A stretch of 64,000 nucleotides of DNA from an uncultured Acidobacteriota bacterium (GCA_963724645.1 CAVRVJ010000005.1:397472-461471), one strand, 5' to 3'; positions 10,072-20,122 are shown, numbered from the stretch's first letter. Notes: generated from the sequence alone by a model not told the origin. Made by a program: numbers and translations.

Positions 10072-11087
10072 TGGCGAGACGACGACGGGGCGCGAAGCGG
10101 CAGCCGAGAGGCCCCCGCCCCTCGGCACACTCGGGCCGCCTCGAGCGAGTCGAAGCGCGCGAGCGAACGCGCAGTGCGGGCCGCGCGGATGAGCTCCCCC
10201 GAATCGATTACGAACATCCCCAACCGTTTCAATTCGGCGGTGCTCTGTCCGACGCGCCCGCGTTCGAGGAGTCCGCAGCCGTCATCCTTCCGGTGCCATT
10301 CGACCGGACGACGTCGTACGTTCCTGGCACGCGCCACGGGCCGCGCGAACTGCTTATCGCCTCCGCCCAGGTGGAACTATGGGACGAGGAGCTGGGCGTT
10401 GACGTGCACGGGCGTGGCATGGTGACGCTGCCGGAGCTCGACCTGTCGTGCGCGTCGATGCAGGCCGCGATGGCCGAGATCGGCCGCGTCAGCGGCGAGC
10501 TGCTCGATCGGCGTAAGTTTCTGGTGACACTCGGAGGCGAGCACTCGATTACGTCGCCCATCGTCGCGGCTGCCGTGGCGCGGCACGGACATCTCAGCGT
10601 CTTGCAGATCGACGCCCATGCCGATTTGCGGGACACGTATCAGTCCGAAAAGTACAGTCACGCCTGCGCGATGCGCCGCACGATCGACTTCGCGCCGCTC
10701 GTGCAAGTGGGCATTCGCAACATTTCGGCCGAAGAGGTCGCGGCCCTGCCGGCCCTCACGACGACGATCTTCTATGACTGGAACATGCGCGACGACCCGC
10801 GATGGATCGAGCGCGCCGTCGACGCGCTCTCTGAGACGGTCTACATCACCATCGACCTGGACGGTCTCGATCCTGCGACGATGCCCGCGGTCGGCACGCC
10901 GGAGCCGGGCGGACTCACGTGGCGAGAGCTGGTGACGCTGCTGCGCCGTACGTTCTCGAGGAAAAAGGTTATCGCCGCCGATGTCGTCGAGCTCTGCCCG
11001 ATCCCGGGCCTGGTGTCGCCGAACTTCATCGCGGCGAAACTGGTCTACAAGCTGCTGACGTACAAGTTCGGCCTGGGCAGCCCCTGA
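10068..11087 (+). CDS. speB: Agmatinase (ureohydrolase family)
   Basis: 'ILPVPFDRTTSYVPGTRHGPRELL', 'GGEHSIT', 'QIDAHADLRD', 'ITIDLDGLDP' Mn-binding motifs. ATGA overlap with the upstream gene. The first ~40 codons are Arg-rich and atypical. ATG 10189 would give 'MSSPRIDYEHPQPF...' if the C5 run at 10196-10200 were C6, so the start is uncertain. Confidence 0.8.
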   Translation: MMARRRRGAKRQPRGPRPSAHSGRLERVEARERTRSAGRADELPRIDYEHPQPFQFGGALSDAPAFEESAAVILPVPFDRTTSYVPGTRHGPRELLIASAQVELWDEELGVDVHGRGMVTLPELDLSCASMQAAMAEIGRVSGELLDRRKFLVTLGGEHSITSPIVAAAVARHGHLSVLQIDAHADLRDTYQSEKYSHACAMRRTIDFAPLVQVGIRNISAEEVAALPALTTTIFYDWNMRDDPRWIERAVDALSETVYITIDLDGLDPATMPAVGTPEPGGLTWRELVTLLRRTFSRKKVIAADVVELCPIPGLVSPNFIAAKLVYKLLTYKFGLGSP

Positions 11088-11111
11088 GGGTCGTTCCCGC
11101 CCCGGTACCGT

Positions 11112-11834
11112 TCATCCGAGGAGCGTGATCTGCTGGCGCGCCTCGGCGACGTAATTGGAGCTCGGGAACTCGTCGACAACGCGTTTGAATGTCGCGCGGG
11201 CTTCGCTGGTCTTGCCGGCCTTCGCATAGGTACGGGCGAGCTGCACGAGCACGCCGTCCACCGGAAGCACGCCATCGCGCTGGGCGGCCAGGTCGGTGTA
11301 TTCCTTGATCGCGCGGTCGTACTGCCCTTCACTCGCCAGCGTCTCGGCCAATCCCATGTGCGCGGCGGACGCGTAGATGGACGACCCGCCACGCGCGATC
11401 ACGTCCTGATACGCCTTCTCCGCCTCAGCCAGCCGGCCGAGCCCGAAAAGCGCGCCAGCCGCCTGATAGGCCGCCGCGATGCCGTCGGAGGTCGACGGGT
11501 ACGCGTTGGCCACCTGCTGAAACGCCTGCAGCGCCGCTTCCTGCCTGGCCTTCGGCGTCGCGAAGGTGCCGGGCGCCTGCGTGGCCCCAGGCACGGTGGG
11601 CGCCGGCGCGATCTGCGACTCGGTCACGGCCATCGCCGCAGCGAATAACGCACCTGACTGATCGCGCGCGTGTTTGCGCCACAAGTAGTAGCCCGTCCCG
11701 GCACCGATCGCGATCACGGCGATCACGACGACCATCACGGCGCGGTCCCGCTGCTCCCGCACAGTGGTCGTCACCCTCGCCACCGTGGCCGCGAAATCGT
11801 TCTGCTTCAGTTGATGACGCTGTTGCGCTTTCAT
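11112..11834 (-). CDS. Membrane-anchored tetratricopeptide-repeat protein (YfgM-like)
   Basis: 240-aa ORF with one N-terminal TM ('VMVVVIAVIAIGAGTGYYLW') followed by TPR-like Ala/Tyr-rich helices. Confidence 0.65.
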   Translation of the reverse strand: MKAQQRHQLKQNDFAATVARVTTTVREQRDRAVMVVVIAVIAIGAGTGYYLWRKHARDQSGALFAAAMAVTESQIAPAPTVPGATQAPGTFATPKARQEAALQAFQQVANAYPSTSDGIAAAYQAAGALFGLGRLAEAEKAYQDVIARGGSSIYASAAHMGLAETLASEGQYDRAIKEYTDLAAQRDGVLPVDGVLVQLARTYAKAGKTSEARATFKRVVDEFPSSNYVAEARQQITLLG

Positions 11835-11922
11835 TTCACGATCCTGATGACCACCAGCTTACATGATCGGCGCCGCAGCCGGGTCCTGTGGCCGGAAAGG
11901 AGGCGGCAACGGCAGACCGATC

Positions 11923-12864
11923 ATGCCAAGATACGGCGCAGTGCTCGAGCGGTCCGTTATCCAGGTTTCGGGTCTCACCAAACGCTACGGCGCGATGCGG
12001 GCGGTCGATGATGTGACGCTCGAAGTCTTCCACGGCGAGATTTTCGGTCTCATCGGACCAAATGGCGCGGGTAAGACCACGACGATGGAGTGCATCGAGG
12101 GGCTGCGCGTGCCGGATGCCGGCCACATCTCTGTGCTCGGCCTCAATCCATTCGGCGACTCCGCCGCCCTCCAGCGGCGGATCGGCGTGCAGTTGCAGGA
12201 GGCGCAGCTCCAGAAACGCATCAAGGTGCGGGAAGCCATCGCGCTCTGGTCGTCGCTCTACGGCAGGACGCAAGGGGACGGCTATCGTCTGCTCGAGCAG
12301 CTCGGCATCGCCGGCAAGACCAACGCCTGGTTCATGACGCTTTCGGGCGGCCAGAAGCAGCGCCTGTTCATCGCCCTCGCGCTCATCCACGATCCAGAGC
12401 TCGTCTTTCTCGATGAGTTGACGACGGGCCTTGACCCTCAGGCGCGCCGTGCGATCTGGGACCTCGTGCGCGGTATCCGCGATCGCGGCAAGACGGTCCT
12501 TCTCACGACGCATCTGATGGAGGAAGCGCAGCAGCTCTGCGATCGCGTCGCCATCATCGACCACGGTCGCATCGTTGACGTCGACTCACCTGATGGCCTC
12601 GTGCGGCGGCATTGTCCCGAGCGGACGATAGCCATCGAAACGACGAACGAGCACGCGACGGAAGCGCTGGCCCGCGTAACCGGCGTGGAGAGCGCGGCGA
12701 GGGAGGGTGGTCACGTGATCGTGCTGGCAAAGTCGGTGAATGTCATGACCGGCATCATCAATTGCCTGGCGACCCAACGCATCGTGGTTACTGATGTCCG
12801 GACCGTCGTGCCGACGCTCGAGGATGTCTTCCTCAAGCTCACCGGCCATTCGGTGCGCCAATGA
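11923..12864 (+). CDS. ABC transporter ATP-binding protein (ABC-2/DrrA type)
   Basis: Walker A 'GPNGAGKTT', signature 'LSGGQKQR', Walker B 'LVFLDELTTGLD'. Start is uncertain (ORF opens at 11863). Confidence 0.85.
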   Translation: MPRYGAVLERSVIQVSGLTKRYGAMRAVDDVTLEVFHGEIFGLIGPNGAGKTTTMECIEGLRVPDAGHISVLGLNPFGDSAALQRRIGVQLQEAQLQKRIKVREAIALWSSLYGRTQGDGYRLLEQLGIAGKTNAWFMTLSGGQKQRLFIALALIHDPELVFLDELTTGLDPQARRAIWDLVRGIRDRGKTVLLTTHLMEEAQQLCDRVAIIDHGRIVDVDSPDGLVRRHCPERTIAIETTNEHATEALARVTGVESAAREGGHVIVLAKSVNVMTGIINCLATQRIVVTDVRTVVPTLEDVFLKLTGHSVRQ

Positions 12865-13622
12865 ACGCGTTCAGGCCCGGCGACCTGCTTGCTCTGACGT
12901 GGCTGGAGATCAAGATCTTCGTGCGCGAGCCGCTTGGGTTGATCGGCGCCGTGGTCGTGCCGGTCGTCGTGTTCGTCCTGATCGGGCGGACGTTCGGCGG
13001 CGACATCGCCGGCGCCTCCGGGGGCCGGCGCGGCCTGGTCGGTCCGGACCTGGCGGCGTTCGCGGCGCTGCTGATCTCCATCAGCGCCGTGCTTTCGCTG
13101 GTGACGATCATCGCGATTTATCGCGAAGGCGGGATTCTGAAGCGGCTCCGGGCGACGCCGCTGCAACCGCTGACCATTCTCGCGGCGCACGTGCTCGTCA
13201 AGCTATTCTTCACGGTCGCCACGCTTCTGCTGATGCTGCTGCTGGGGAGGCGCTATCTCCCGGTTGACGTTCCAGTTCCATGGCTCGCTTTCGGTGCGGC
13301 GACACTCGTGAGCACATCGAGCATGCTCGCCGTGGGGTTCGTACTGGCGAGCGTCGCGCCGACGGCACGCTTCGCCCAGCCCATCGGCACCCTTGTGCTG
13401 TACCCGATGATTGGCATTTCCGGGTTGTTCGTGCCTATCGACAGGATGCCCGGTCTGATGCGGTTGCTCGCACACCTGACCCCGGCAAGCTACGCCGTGT
13501 CGCTGATGCGCGGTGCGTGGCGCGGCGATTCCTGGCTGACGCACGGCGGCGATCTGCTGGGCCTGGCGGCCATCTTCGCGGCATGCACGGTGCTCGCCGT
13601 CCGCTTGTTCCGCTGGGAGTAG
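12861..13622 (+). CDS. ABC-2 type transporter permease
   Basis: 253-aa ORF with 6 predicted hydrophobic helices. ATGA overlap with the ATPase gene. Confidence 0.8.
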   Translation: MNAFRPGDLLALTWLEIKIFVREPLGLIGAVVVPVVVFVLIGRTFGGDIAGASGGRRGLVGPDLAAFAALLISISAVLSLVTIIAIYREGGILKRLRATPLQPLTILAAHVLVKLFFTVATLLLMLLLGRRYLPVDVPVPWLAFGAATLVSTSSMLAVGFVLASVAPTARFAQPIGTLVLYPMIGISGLFVPIDRMPGLMRLLAHLTPASYAVSLMRGAWRGDSWLTHGGDLLGLAAIFAACTVLAVRLFRWE

Positions 13623-13654
13623 ATCAGCGGGGTTCTGCTGCGCCCGAGGCTGGA

Positions 13655-15103
13655 CTATTTCACTGCGTGCAGCATGACGGCGGCATCCTCGACAGAAATC
13701 TGTCGCGGCTTCATGCTGCATCTCAGCAGTTCCCACGCGTTGTCGCCTCTGTACCCCACCGGCATCTGGCGGAACCCCAGGGCCCGACGCGCCGTGTCGT
13801 CGCTGATGCCAGCCCGGCGGCACGCCGCTTGAATCCGATCCATCTCCTGCATCAGCTCTGTTGCCTCGGCAATGTGGATGTGCGAGCCCGCGGTTCGCGA
13901 GACGTGGCAGAGCGCGAGCAGTCCGATCAGCAGGAGGAGGCCTGCCACCTGGCGGTACGACAGGCGACCGGACGGCCGCAGCACGAATAATCGGTGATTG
14001 AGGGCTGGCAATCCGGCCACGAACGTGAGGGCCAGGCCGAAGTGCGGGAACAGATGGTAGCGGGTCCAGCGATGGATCTGCCGCACGTAGTTCCAGTCCG
14101 CGCGCGCGCTGTAAACAAGCAGGTCGCTGGCCAACCAGATCGCCAGACCGACGAGAACCAGGCGCCGGTAGGGCACGATCTTCCACCAGACGATCGTCGT
14201 GACCAGCAGCACCGCGTCGATCGTACAAACGGCCGGCCACTCGAACGCCACAGGCCTGTAGACGCCGATCGCGCCAATGATCTGGTTGTCGGCAAGCGTT
14301 CGTAGCGTATTTGCTGCACCGGCGACGGGATCGAATGCTTGAAACACGGTCTTGCCCTGATAGTGCTCCGCATGCACGATTGACTGCGCAGTGCGAGGCA
14401 GACTGACCGCAAGAAATGCCACGGTGCCAAGCAGAGGAACGGCTGCTCGGGCCAGACGCGAGCGCCAAGGAGCGGAGCGCGTGACTTGATCGCCCGGCAG
14501 GTTCAACAGATAGAGGGCACACACGGGCCCCCCGAGCACGCCGCCCGCGTACCAGCCCGGTGCCGATGCACAACACGCGGCGCATGCGGTCGCGAGAACC
14601 CAGCCGCCTCCCTCTCGCCAGGCTTGCGCGGCGATCAGTCCCAGGAGGATTGTGTCGAGCGACAACACGAAAAACGACGCCGATTACCAGGCGACGCACT
14701 CGTAGTACGCGCCGGTGACTCCCCAAAGCACCATCGCGAGCAGTCCGTACAGCACGTGGCCCAGCTCTCGGGATACAAAGACATAGATCAACCACATGCC
14801 CAGCAATGTCGCGACCACACCTTGAAGCGCGGCCAGGCGAGGAATCGCCGATGGAGCCCATGCGATTTGCATGAGTACTGCCGAGGCAAATCGCGACAAC
14901 GGCATCGCGTGGTCGTTCATCGGCTGCCAGACGTGCATCCAGAACTCCGGCCACGTCCGCGATTTCGTCAGGAAGTTGAAGTCGTCGTAGCGGAGGAACG
15001 GATCGCGAAGCCAGGGCAGGTACAACAGCACGAGAACTCCGCTGCCCAGGACGGCAAGCAACGTGGCGGCGAATCGAGGGGCTCGGGCGTTCCCCGCACG
15101 CAT
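13655..15103 (-). pseudogene. Polytopic membrane protein (GT-C-like glycosyltransferase suspected) interrupted by one in-frame TAA
   Basis: ORFs 14684..15226 and 13655..14668 are in the same frame and are separated only by TAA (14684-14686) plus 5 codons: '...GAYYECVAW*SASFFVLSLDTILLG...'. Both halves are helix-rich. Likely start is ATG 15103. Confidence 0.55.
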
Positions 15104-15107
15104 CACG

Positions 15108-16493
15108 TCATCGCTCCGGACGTCGGAGTGATCCCGGCTCTGCGAATGAGAAGTTCTGCGGGCTCGGTCCGCGCCTCCAGCAGCGGACAAACTGTGGGTC
15201 ATGCCAGTCCCAGACACGTGCAACATTCTTGTCTACGTCGTCAGGATCCGAGTTCCACTGATCGTTTGGATAGCAGAAGGCGCCGGTCGCAGCGACGGTA
15301 ATTGACCAGGCAAGCGCCAACCCACCGGCCAGGCGCAGCAATCGACGTCGGAAAAGCATGTCGACGCCAAGCGCCGCAGCCGGTGCCATGGGCACGAGTG
15401 TGTCCATCACGTAGCGCGGTCCGTATGTATGTCCGCCCCACCACATCGAATAGAAGCAGTAGCCGCCGAACTGCGCCGCGCCGGCGATTGTCCACCACGC
15501 TTCGCCGGCGGCGAAAGGCTGCCGCCACACGCGCGGCACGCCGAGGATAGCCACGAGCACGACAGGGCTGAACACGAGGAGCCCGCGACTCGGCGAGGCG
15601 AGCAGGCCGTAGGCAGCTGTCCACGGCTCCCTGTTGAAGGTCGTCGTGACGGCGTGCGCGGCGAGACCCTGCTCCTGCAACAACGCCTTGGCGCCGAGGA
15701 GATGGCCGAACCAGACCCAGTGCGCCGACATCATCACTACCGCGACGCTCGCGACAATACCAAGCGCCGGTGCCGCGCGTTTGAGGCCGACGCGGGCAAT
15801 GAGCCCCACGACCAGGATCGCGATTGTCGGAGCAGTTTCCAATCGCGCTGCCCCTGCCAAGGCCAGGCCGGCGGCACCCAGGCAGACCTGCGCGGTCCCA
15901 AGATCTGAAGAGCGACGTAGCCACGCATACATCGCCAGCGCGCACCCGAAACTTACCGTCTCAAACTGCCAGAGCGTGCGACTCGCCAACGGCCAAAGGT
16001 TCGTTCCGAGACCGAGGCCGATCGCGACCAACACGGCCGTGCGAAAGGTGGTCACGCGCGCGATCGAGACGAACACCAGTGTCACGGCGCCGGCCGTGAG
16101 CAAGGAGGCCGTGAGTGCCGCCACGAATCCTGGTGCGAGCGGTGCACGCAGGTTGATGGCGCGCGTGACATGCAGTAACGACGCCACCGCCGCCGCCTCG
16201 ATTGACGGCACTACCGAATACGCCGAGCGCCAGTGGCCGGAGCGGTCGCGCTGGAATGCCATGCGCTCGGCCAATGCCGGCGTGGTGCCGATAACGTAAT
16301 CAAGCGTCAGCGTGCCGCGCAGTGCCAACTCTCGTGCCGCATACTTCGTCGGCTGCGTGTCGTACGACTGAATCTCTCGTCCGTTCGAATTGTAAATGAC
16401 AAGGAGAAGACCGAACAGAGTCCAGCTTGCCGTCCGAAGTCGGCGACCGTCGCTCGGGTCACTGACGGCGCCATTCGTCACATGTATCGGCAT
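15108..16493 (-). CDS. Polytopic membrane protein, GT-C-fold glycosyltransferase-like
   Basis: 461-aa ORF with more than 10 hydrophobic helices. An acidic first-loop motif ('SYDTQPTKYAARELALRGTLTLD') resembles ArnT/PMT-type enzymes. Confidence 0.6.
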   Translation of the reverse strand: MPIHVTNGAVSDPSDGRRLRTASWTLFGLLLVIYNSNGREIQSYDTQPTKYAARELALRGTLTLDYVIGTTPALAERMAFQRDRSGHWRSAYSVVPSIEAAAVASLLHVTRAINLRAPLAPGFVAALTASLLTAGAVTLVFVSIARVTTFRTAVLVAIGLGLGTNLWPLASRTLWQFETVSFGCALAMYAWLRRSSDLGTAQVCLGAAGLALAGAARLETAPTIAILVVGLIARVGLKRAAPALGIVASVAVVMMSAHWVWFGHLLGAKALLQEQGLAAHAVTTTFNREPWTAAYGLLASPSRGLLVFSPVVLVAILGVPRVWRQPFAAGEAWWTIAGAAQFGGYCFYSMWWGGHTYGPRYVMDTLVPMAPAAALGVDMLFRRRLLRLAGGLALAWSITVAATGAFCYPNDQWNSDPDDVDKNVARVWDWHDPQFVRCWRRGPSPQNFSFAEPGSLRRPER

Positions 16494-16513
16494 GCGAGGC
16501 GCATTGTACGAGC

Positions 16514-16548
16514 GAGGCGCCCTTCGACCCTACCCCGCCTTAGGAGGG
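16514..16548 (+). repeat. Degenerate partial copy of the 3' half of tRNA-Arg(CCT); candidate distal att remnant
   Basis: Exact 16-mer 'ccccgccttaggaggg' at 16533-16548 equals 22084-22099 (anticodon stem-loop of the tRNA) in the same orientation. It is preceded by 'gcgccc' (16517-16522), which equals the acceptor 3' strand (22057-22062). The T-arm part is not conserved. Confidence 0.35.
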
Positions 16549-16834
16549 GCTCCTGGTCCGAGAAGGCCGCAAAGAGGCGCTGACGGGATTCAGCAGGAGG
16601 TCACGGCCGCTTTGAAGTGGCAAGGCGAGACAGCGCGCGCCGGACGCCTTCGCGATGACGGTGGCGAGACGGCGGACTGGGCGGCGGTCTCGACGCTCCT
16701 GCGCTAGTCCTATCGCGATCTCCATGCCGCGGTGCAACCCTGACCGGCGCGCGACACTCACATACGCACGCCAGTGGTCATCTCCGCCGGCATGGTCGCT
16801 GGCCTCGAAGCGCCCGGCCTCGGGTCGGCGTCGC

Positions 16835-17689
16835 CTACCGCAGGCCGAGGTCGTCTTCTCCGTGGTGAGCTCGGACGTCATACTGAGGGTGATTGAAATG
16901 GTGGGCGACGTACATCTTCTCGTGCCATTGGGCCGGCAGGCTGCCGAAGGTGTACCGTAGTCCAGCCACGCGCGCGATTTTCCGTTCCCGATGCGCCGCG
17001 TTGAAATCCTTGATAGCCAGGAGTTCCCCGGCAAACTCGTTGTAGCAGAAGTCCGCGCCGCCTGCGACGTCATCGAAATAGCAGAATACCCGTGGCAGAA
17101 GGAACCGGTCCCCGATTCCGAAGATCTCGAAGGCCGCCATCGTCGAGGAATAGTAATCGAGGTCGAACGCCACGAACCCGATGGGCGGCGGATCGTGGTC
17201 GCCGAACCGACGGGTGGTCTGGCGAACGTCGCCGATGACGAGCGAGGCTCGCTTGAGACGCGCTTTCAGTTTCTCGACATCCATGGCATAGAAGCCTGGT
17301 TCCCAGGCGTACGGCATGTCGCGATAGTCGACTGGCGGTGGCAGGCCCGCCCCGGAATCGAAGCCGTAGACGGCGATCTCGACACCGGTGTCACGCGTCA
17401 CGCACAACGCGTGTTCCTCGAGGATCACAAGGCCATTCCCCCCGGCAACGCCGAACTCCAGCGCCGAGATGCGCGGCACACCGAGGCGGGCGGCCTCGCG
17501 CGCAGAATGCAGCAGCCCGAACAGGTACTGGGGCCTGGGAACGGAGCGCACGTTGATTTTGGCCTCGTAGCTGAGAAAATCGAACACCGCGTCCAGCGCC
17601 CTGAGCGTCAATAGGCGCATTGGCGTCGGCTCTCGCAGCGAGAGCATGCCTGCGCGAAGAAGTCCGCTCAGCCTGGCTGTGAACGCCAT
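16835..17689 (-). CDS. TylF/MycF-like class I SAM-dependent methyltransferase-fold protein
   Basis: SAM motif I 'ISALEFGVAGGNGL' and 'FVAFDLDYYSSTMAAFEIF...CYFDDV', resembling the D-x-D-x-Y-x-S-T region of macrocin-O-methyltransferase-like proteins. Confidence 0.5.
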   Translation of the reverse strand: MAFTARLSGLLRAGMLSLREPTPMRLLTLRALDAVFDFLSYEAKINVRSVPRPQYLFGLLHSAREAARLGVPRISALEFGVAGGNGLVILEEHALCVTRDTGVEIAVYGFDSGAGLPPPVDYRDMPYAWEPGFYAMDVEKLKARLKRASLVIGDVRQTTRRFGDHDPPPIGFVAFDLDYYSSTMAAFEIFGIGDRFLLPRVFCYFDDVAGGADFCYNEFAGELLAIKDFNAAHRERKIARVAGLRYTFGSLPAQWHEKMYVAHHFNHPQYDVRAHHGEDDLGLR

Positions 17690-18101
17690 CGTGTTCGTCC
17701 TTGGCTATGGCGCGACTGCGGAAGATCGAAGATCCCACACGCAGTCGTCTTCGGGACTCTGTATAACACGACATCCCGTCCCGGTTGATTGAGGCGCGTC
17801 GAACGATGCGATATCTGTTCCTCGGGGCAGGAATAGTTCGGCCCTTCAGAAGACTCTCACTCAAGCGTCCAGCGGATCAAGCGGTACGATGACTGTTGCC
17901 GTGCCCCTTACCGGCAGGCCTGATGACCACCATGCCCGAAAATCAGTAGTCGTCGCAGCAAACGCGCTGCTGCGTTCCGCAGTCCATCAAGGCAATCCCA
18001 ATGACGATTCCGGCCCTGGTTATGCTGGTCGCCGGAGAGTGGCTCGGGTGTCTGCTCGCGGGCCCGGTGACGCCCTTTCCCGGGTCGAATAGGATCGCCT
18101 C

Positions 18102-19052
18102 ATGGCAACGCCTGAAGACTCGCTGCTCTCCGTCGTTGTGGTCATCGTCAGCGATACCATGGCGGCGCGCGGGAGCGGCGCTCATCTTCGTGAATGTCTC
18201 CGGGCGCTGGCGGAACAGGTCGATCCGCCGCGAATGGAAGTGATCGTTCCGCATCTTGACAACGTGGAGGACATCGACCTCTTGCGGGCCGCGTTTCCGT
18301 GGGTGCGCTGGTTGCTGGTCTCGGACATCGTCGCTCTGATCGGAGGACGCGAGCACCACGACGTGCTGCGAACCCGTGGACTGGCTGTCGCGCGCGGCAC
18401 TATCGTCGGCCTGCTGGAGGACCACGAGAGGCCTCACCCGCGCTGGTGCGCGAATGTGATGGCCGCGCATCGTGAGCCGTACGCGGCGATCGGCGGCGCA
18501 ATTGAAAACGGTGTGGAGCGACCGCTGAACTGGGCCGTGTACTATTGTGACTTCGGCCGGTACCAGAACCCGCTTCCGCCGGGCGAGGCCGCTTTCGCCT
18601 CCGATGCCAACGTGACCTATAAGCGCCGGGCCCTGGAACGAGTGCATGCGTCCTGGTGCGACAGCTTCCGGGAAGTCATCGTGCACGAGGCGATAAAGTC
18701 ACTGGGTGAAACGATTGCGCTCGACCCGCGCATCATCGTGTACCAGAACCGGCAAGGCTTGACGATTCAGACCGCATTGCGTGAGCGATTTGCCTGGGGA
18801 CGATCCTATGCGGCTACTCGCCTGACACTCCTGACGTGGCCGAGACGGCTCGTCTATGCGTGTCTGTCTCCGTTGCTCCCCGCGGTCTTGCTCTTCAGGA
18901 TGGGTTACCGGTCTTGGGGGCGCCGCTCATTTGGCACGTTCGCCAGAGCCGTTCACATCACGTCCCTTCTCACCGCCACGTGGAGTGCCGGGGAAGGAAT
19001 CGGCTATCTGCTCGGAGTGGAGCCGCCGCGTATCCGTCCACAGACGCGATAG
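18102..19052 (+). CDS. Glycosyltransferase family 2-like protein with C-terminal TM helices
   Basis: 'LSVVVVIVSDT...LRECLRALAEQ...MEVIVPH' N-terminal GT-A pattern and 'IVGLLEDH' acidic motif. 316-aa ORF. Confidence 0.65.
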   Translation: MATPEDSLLSVVVVIVSDTMAARGSGAHLRECLRALAEQVDPPRMEVIVPHLDNVEDIDLLRAAFPWVRWLLVSDIVALIGGREHHDVLRTRGLAVARGTIVGLLEDHERPHPRWCANVMAAHREPYAAIGGAIENGVERPLNWAVYYCDFGRYQNPLPPGEAAFASDANVTYKRRALERVHASWCDSFREVIVHEAIKSLGETIALDPRIIVYQNRQGLTIQTALRERFAWGRSYAATRLTLLTWPRRLVYACLSPLLPAVLLFRMGYRSWGRRSFGTFARAVHITSLLTATWSAGEGIGYLLGVEPPRIRPQTR

Positions 19053-19157
19053 CCCAACCTTCGTTCGCGCTCCGCTTGGATCTCCTGTCGCCGCGTGCCT
19101 CGCTCCCGCGAGACGCGCGGCCAGGCTCGATCCGTCCAAGGCCCCGCGCTCCTGATC

Positions 19158-19553
19158 TCACCTCGCCGATGGATCGATCGCCGTCGGAAGCTCGTACCAG
19201 ATCTCCAGTTCGTTGCCGTCAGGGTCCTGACAGAACAGATACGGCTCACCGGGACAGAACTCGCCGTGACTCAGGATTCGGCCGCCCGCGGCTTTGACGG
19301 CGTCGAGCGCCGCCCTGATGTCCTCCGGCTTTGTCAGCCTGAACCCGAAGTGGGCCACACCACCTTTCAGACCGGCGCGGTCGGGCGCGCGCTCAAGAAC
19401 CAGGACGTCACGCGCGCCTGGCGTTTGCGCCTGAACGAAATCTTCTTCCCTGTAGACGGCCTTCATACCGAGGACCGCGGAGTAGAACTCGAACGCGACG
19501 GTCGGATCGCGGACGGCCAGCGCGACGTGCGTGAGACCGTAGGTCTTGACCAT
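19158..19553 (-). CDS. VOC (glyoxalase/bleomycin-resistance/dioxygenase) family protein
   Basis: 'MVKTYGLTHVALAVRDPTVAFEFYSAVLGM...HFGFRL...DPDGNELEIW'. ATG at 19553 within ORF 19158..19607. Confidence 0.8.
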   Translation of the reverse strand: MVKTYGLTHVALAVRDPTVAFEFYSAVLGMKAVYREEDFVQAQTPGARDVLVLERAPDRAGLKGGVAHFGFRLTKPEDIRAALDAVKAAGGRILSHGEFCPGEPYLFCQDPDGNELEIWYELPTAIDPSAR

Positions 19554-19603
19554 GCTCTCGCCTCCCTGTTCCGCGAGCGACGCGCCAAGCGCGAGGGGCC
19601 TCC

Positions 19604-20122
19604 TCACCTGCGTCGCCTTGAAAAGCCGAGGGCCACTCGGCTCTTGCCCGGCCAGCCGCCTGACGGACTGGGCGTGGTTATCCCTCGACGGTCGTTGTGT
19701 TCCTCGCCCTCGTCGTCGCGGCCGGCGTGGACGGCGAGCGTGTACAGCGGGTGCTTCGGCTCCGTTAGCTCCCTGGCGAATTCGGAGGCCAGCACGACCT
19801 GGTCGGCCGGATCGAGCTCGGGCGGGAGCGCGAAATCGGCACTGACGTAGAGCCGGCCGTTCGCGCGCTCATCGAGATCGGCGCCGTCCCAATAGTCGCG
19901 CGGGTCGTCGTCGGCCCACGAGGGCATGTGGCCTGACTCCGTGTAGGTGGCCGGATCGCGATCCGGGCCGTCGTACTCGCCCTCACGCGTGACGTAGTCG
20001 TACGAGGCGCCGGCGCACGCCCCGCCACCGCGCGACCCGGAGCGAAACGACAGGTGGTAGAAACTGCCGCCGCTGCGGGCGTGGCCGCCGCCAGCGTCCT
20101 GTTCTCGATGGTACCTTCCCAT
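19604..20122 (-). pseudogene. MobA/MobL-family relaxase, N-terminal fragment only
   Basis: 'GGSFYHLSFRSGSRGGGACAGASYDYVTREGEY' (catalytic-Tyr region), 'MPSWADDDPRDYWDGADLDERANGRLYVSADFALPPEL' and 'YTLAVHAGRDDEGEEHN' (start of the His motif). The sequence then degenerates and stops after about 170 aa. Confidence 0.6.
19621..19642 (-). terminator. Weak rho-independent terminator candidate
   Basis: Minus strand reads 'agccgag-tggcc-ctcggct' (7-bp stem) followed by 'tttc'. It lies at the end of the relaxase fragment. Confidence 0.3.

Noticed and set aside
13203-14954. 583-aa minus-strand ORF
   Set aside because: It is an alternative frame over the membrane-protein gene and the antisense of the ABC-2 permease. 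It is extremely Arg-rich with no hydrophobic or domain pattern.
16500-16600. Possible second tRNA-Arg gene
   Set aside because: Despite the 16-nt identity with the tRNA anticodon arm, no acceptor, D or T stems can be formed. I kept it only as a possible att or partial-tRNA remnant.
19095-19850. 251-aa plus-strand ORF
   Set aside because: It is antisense to the VOC gene and the relaxase fragment and has no motifs.
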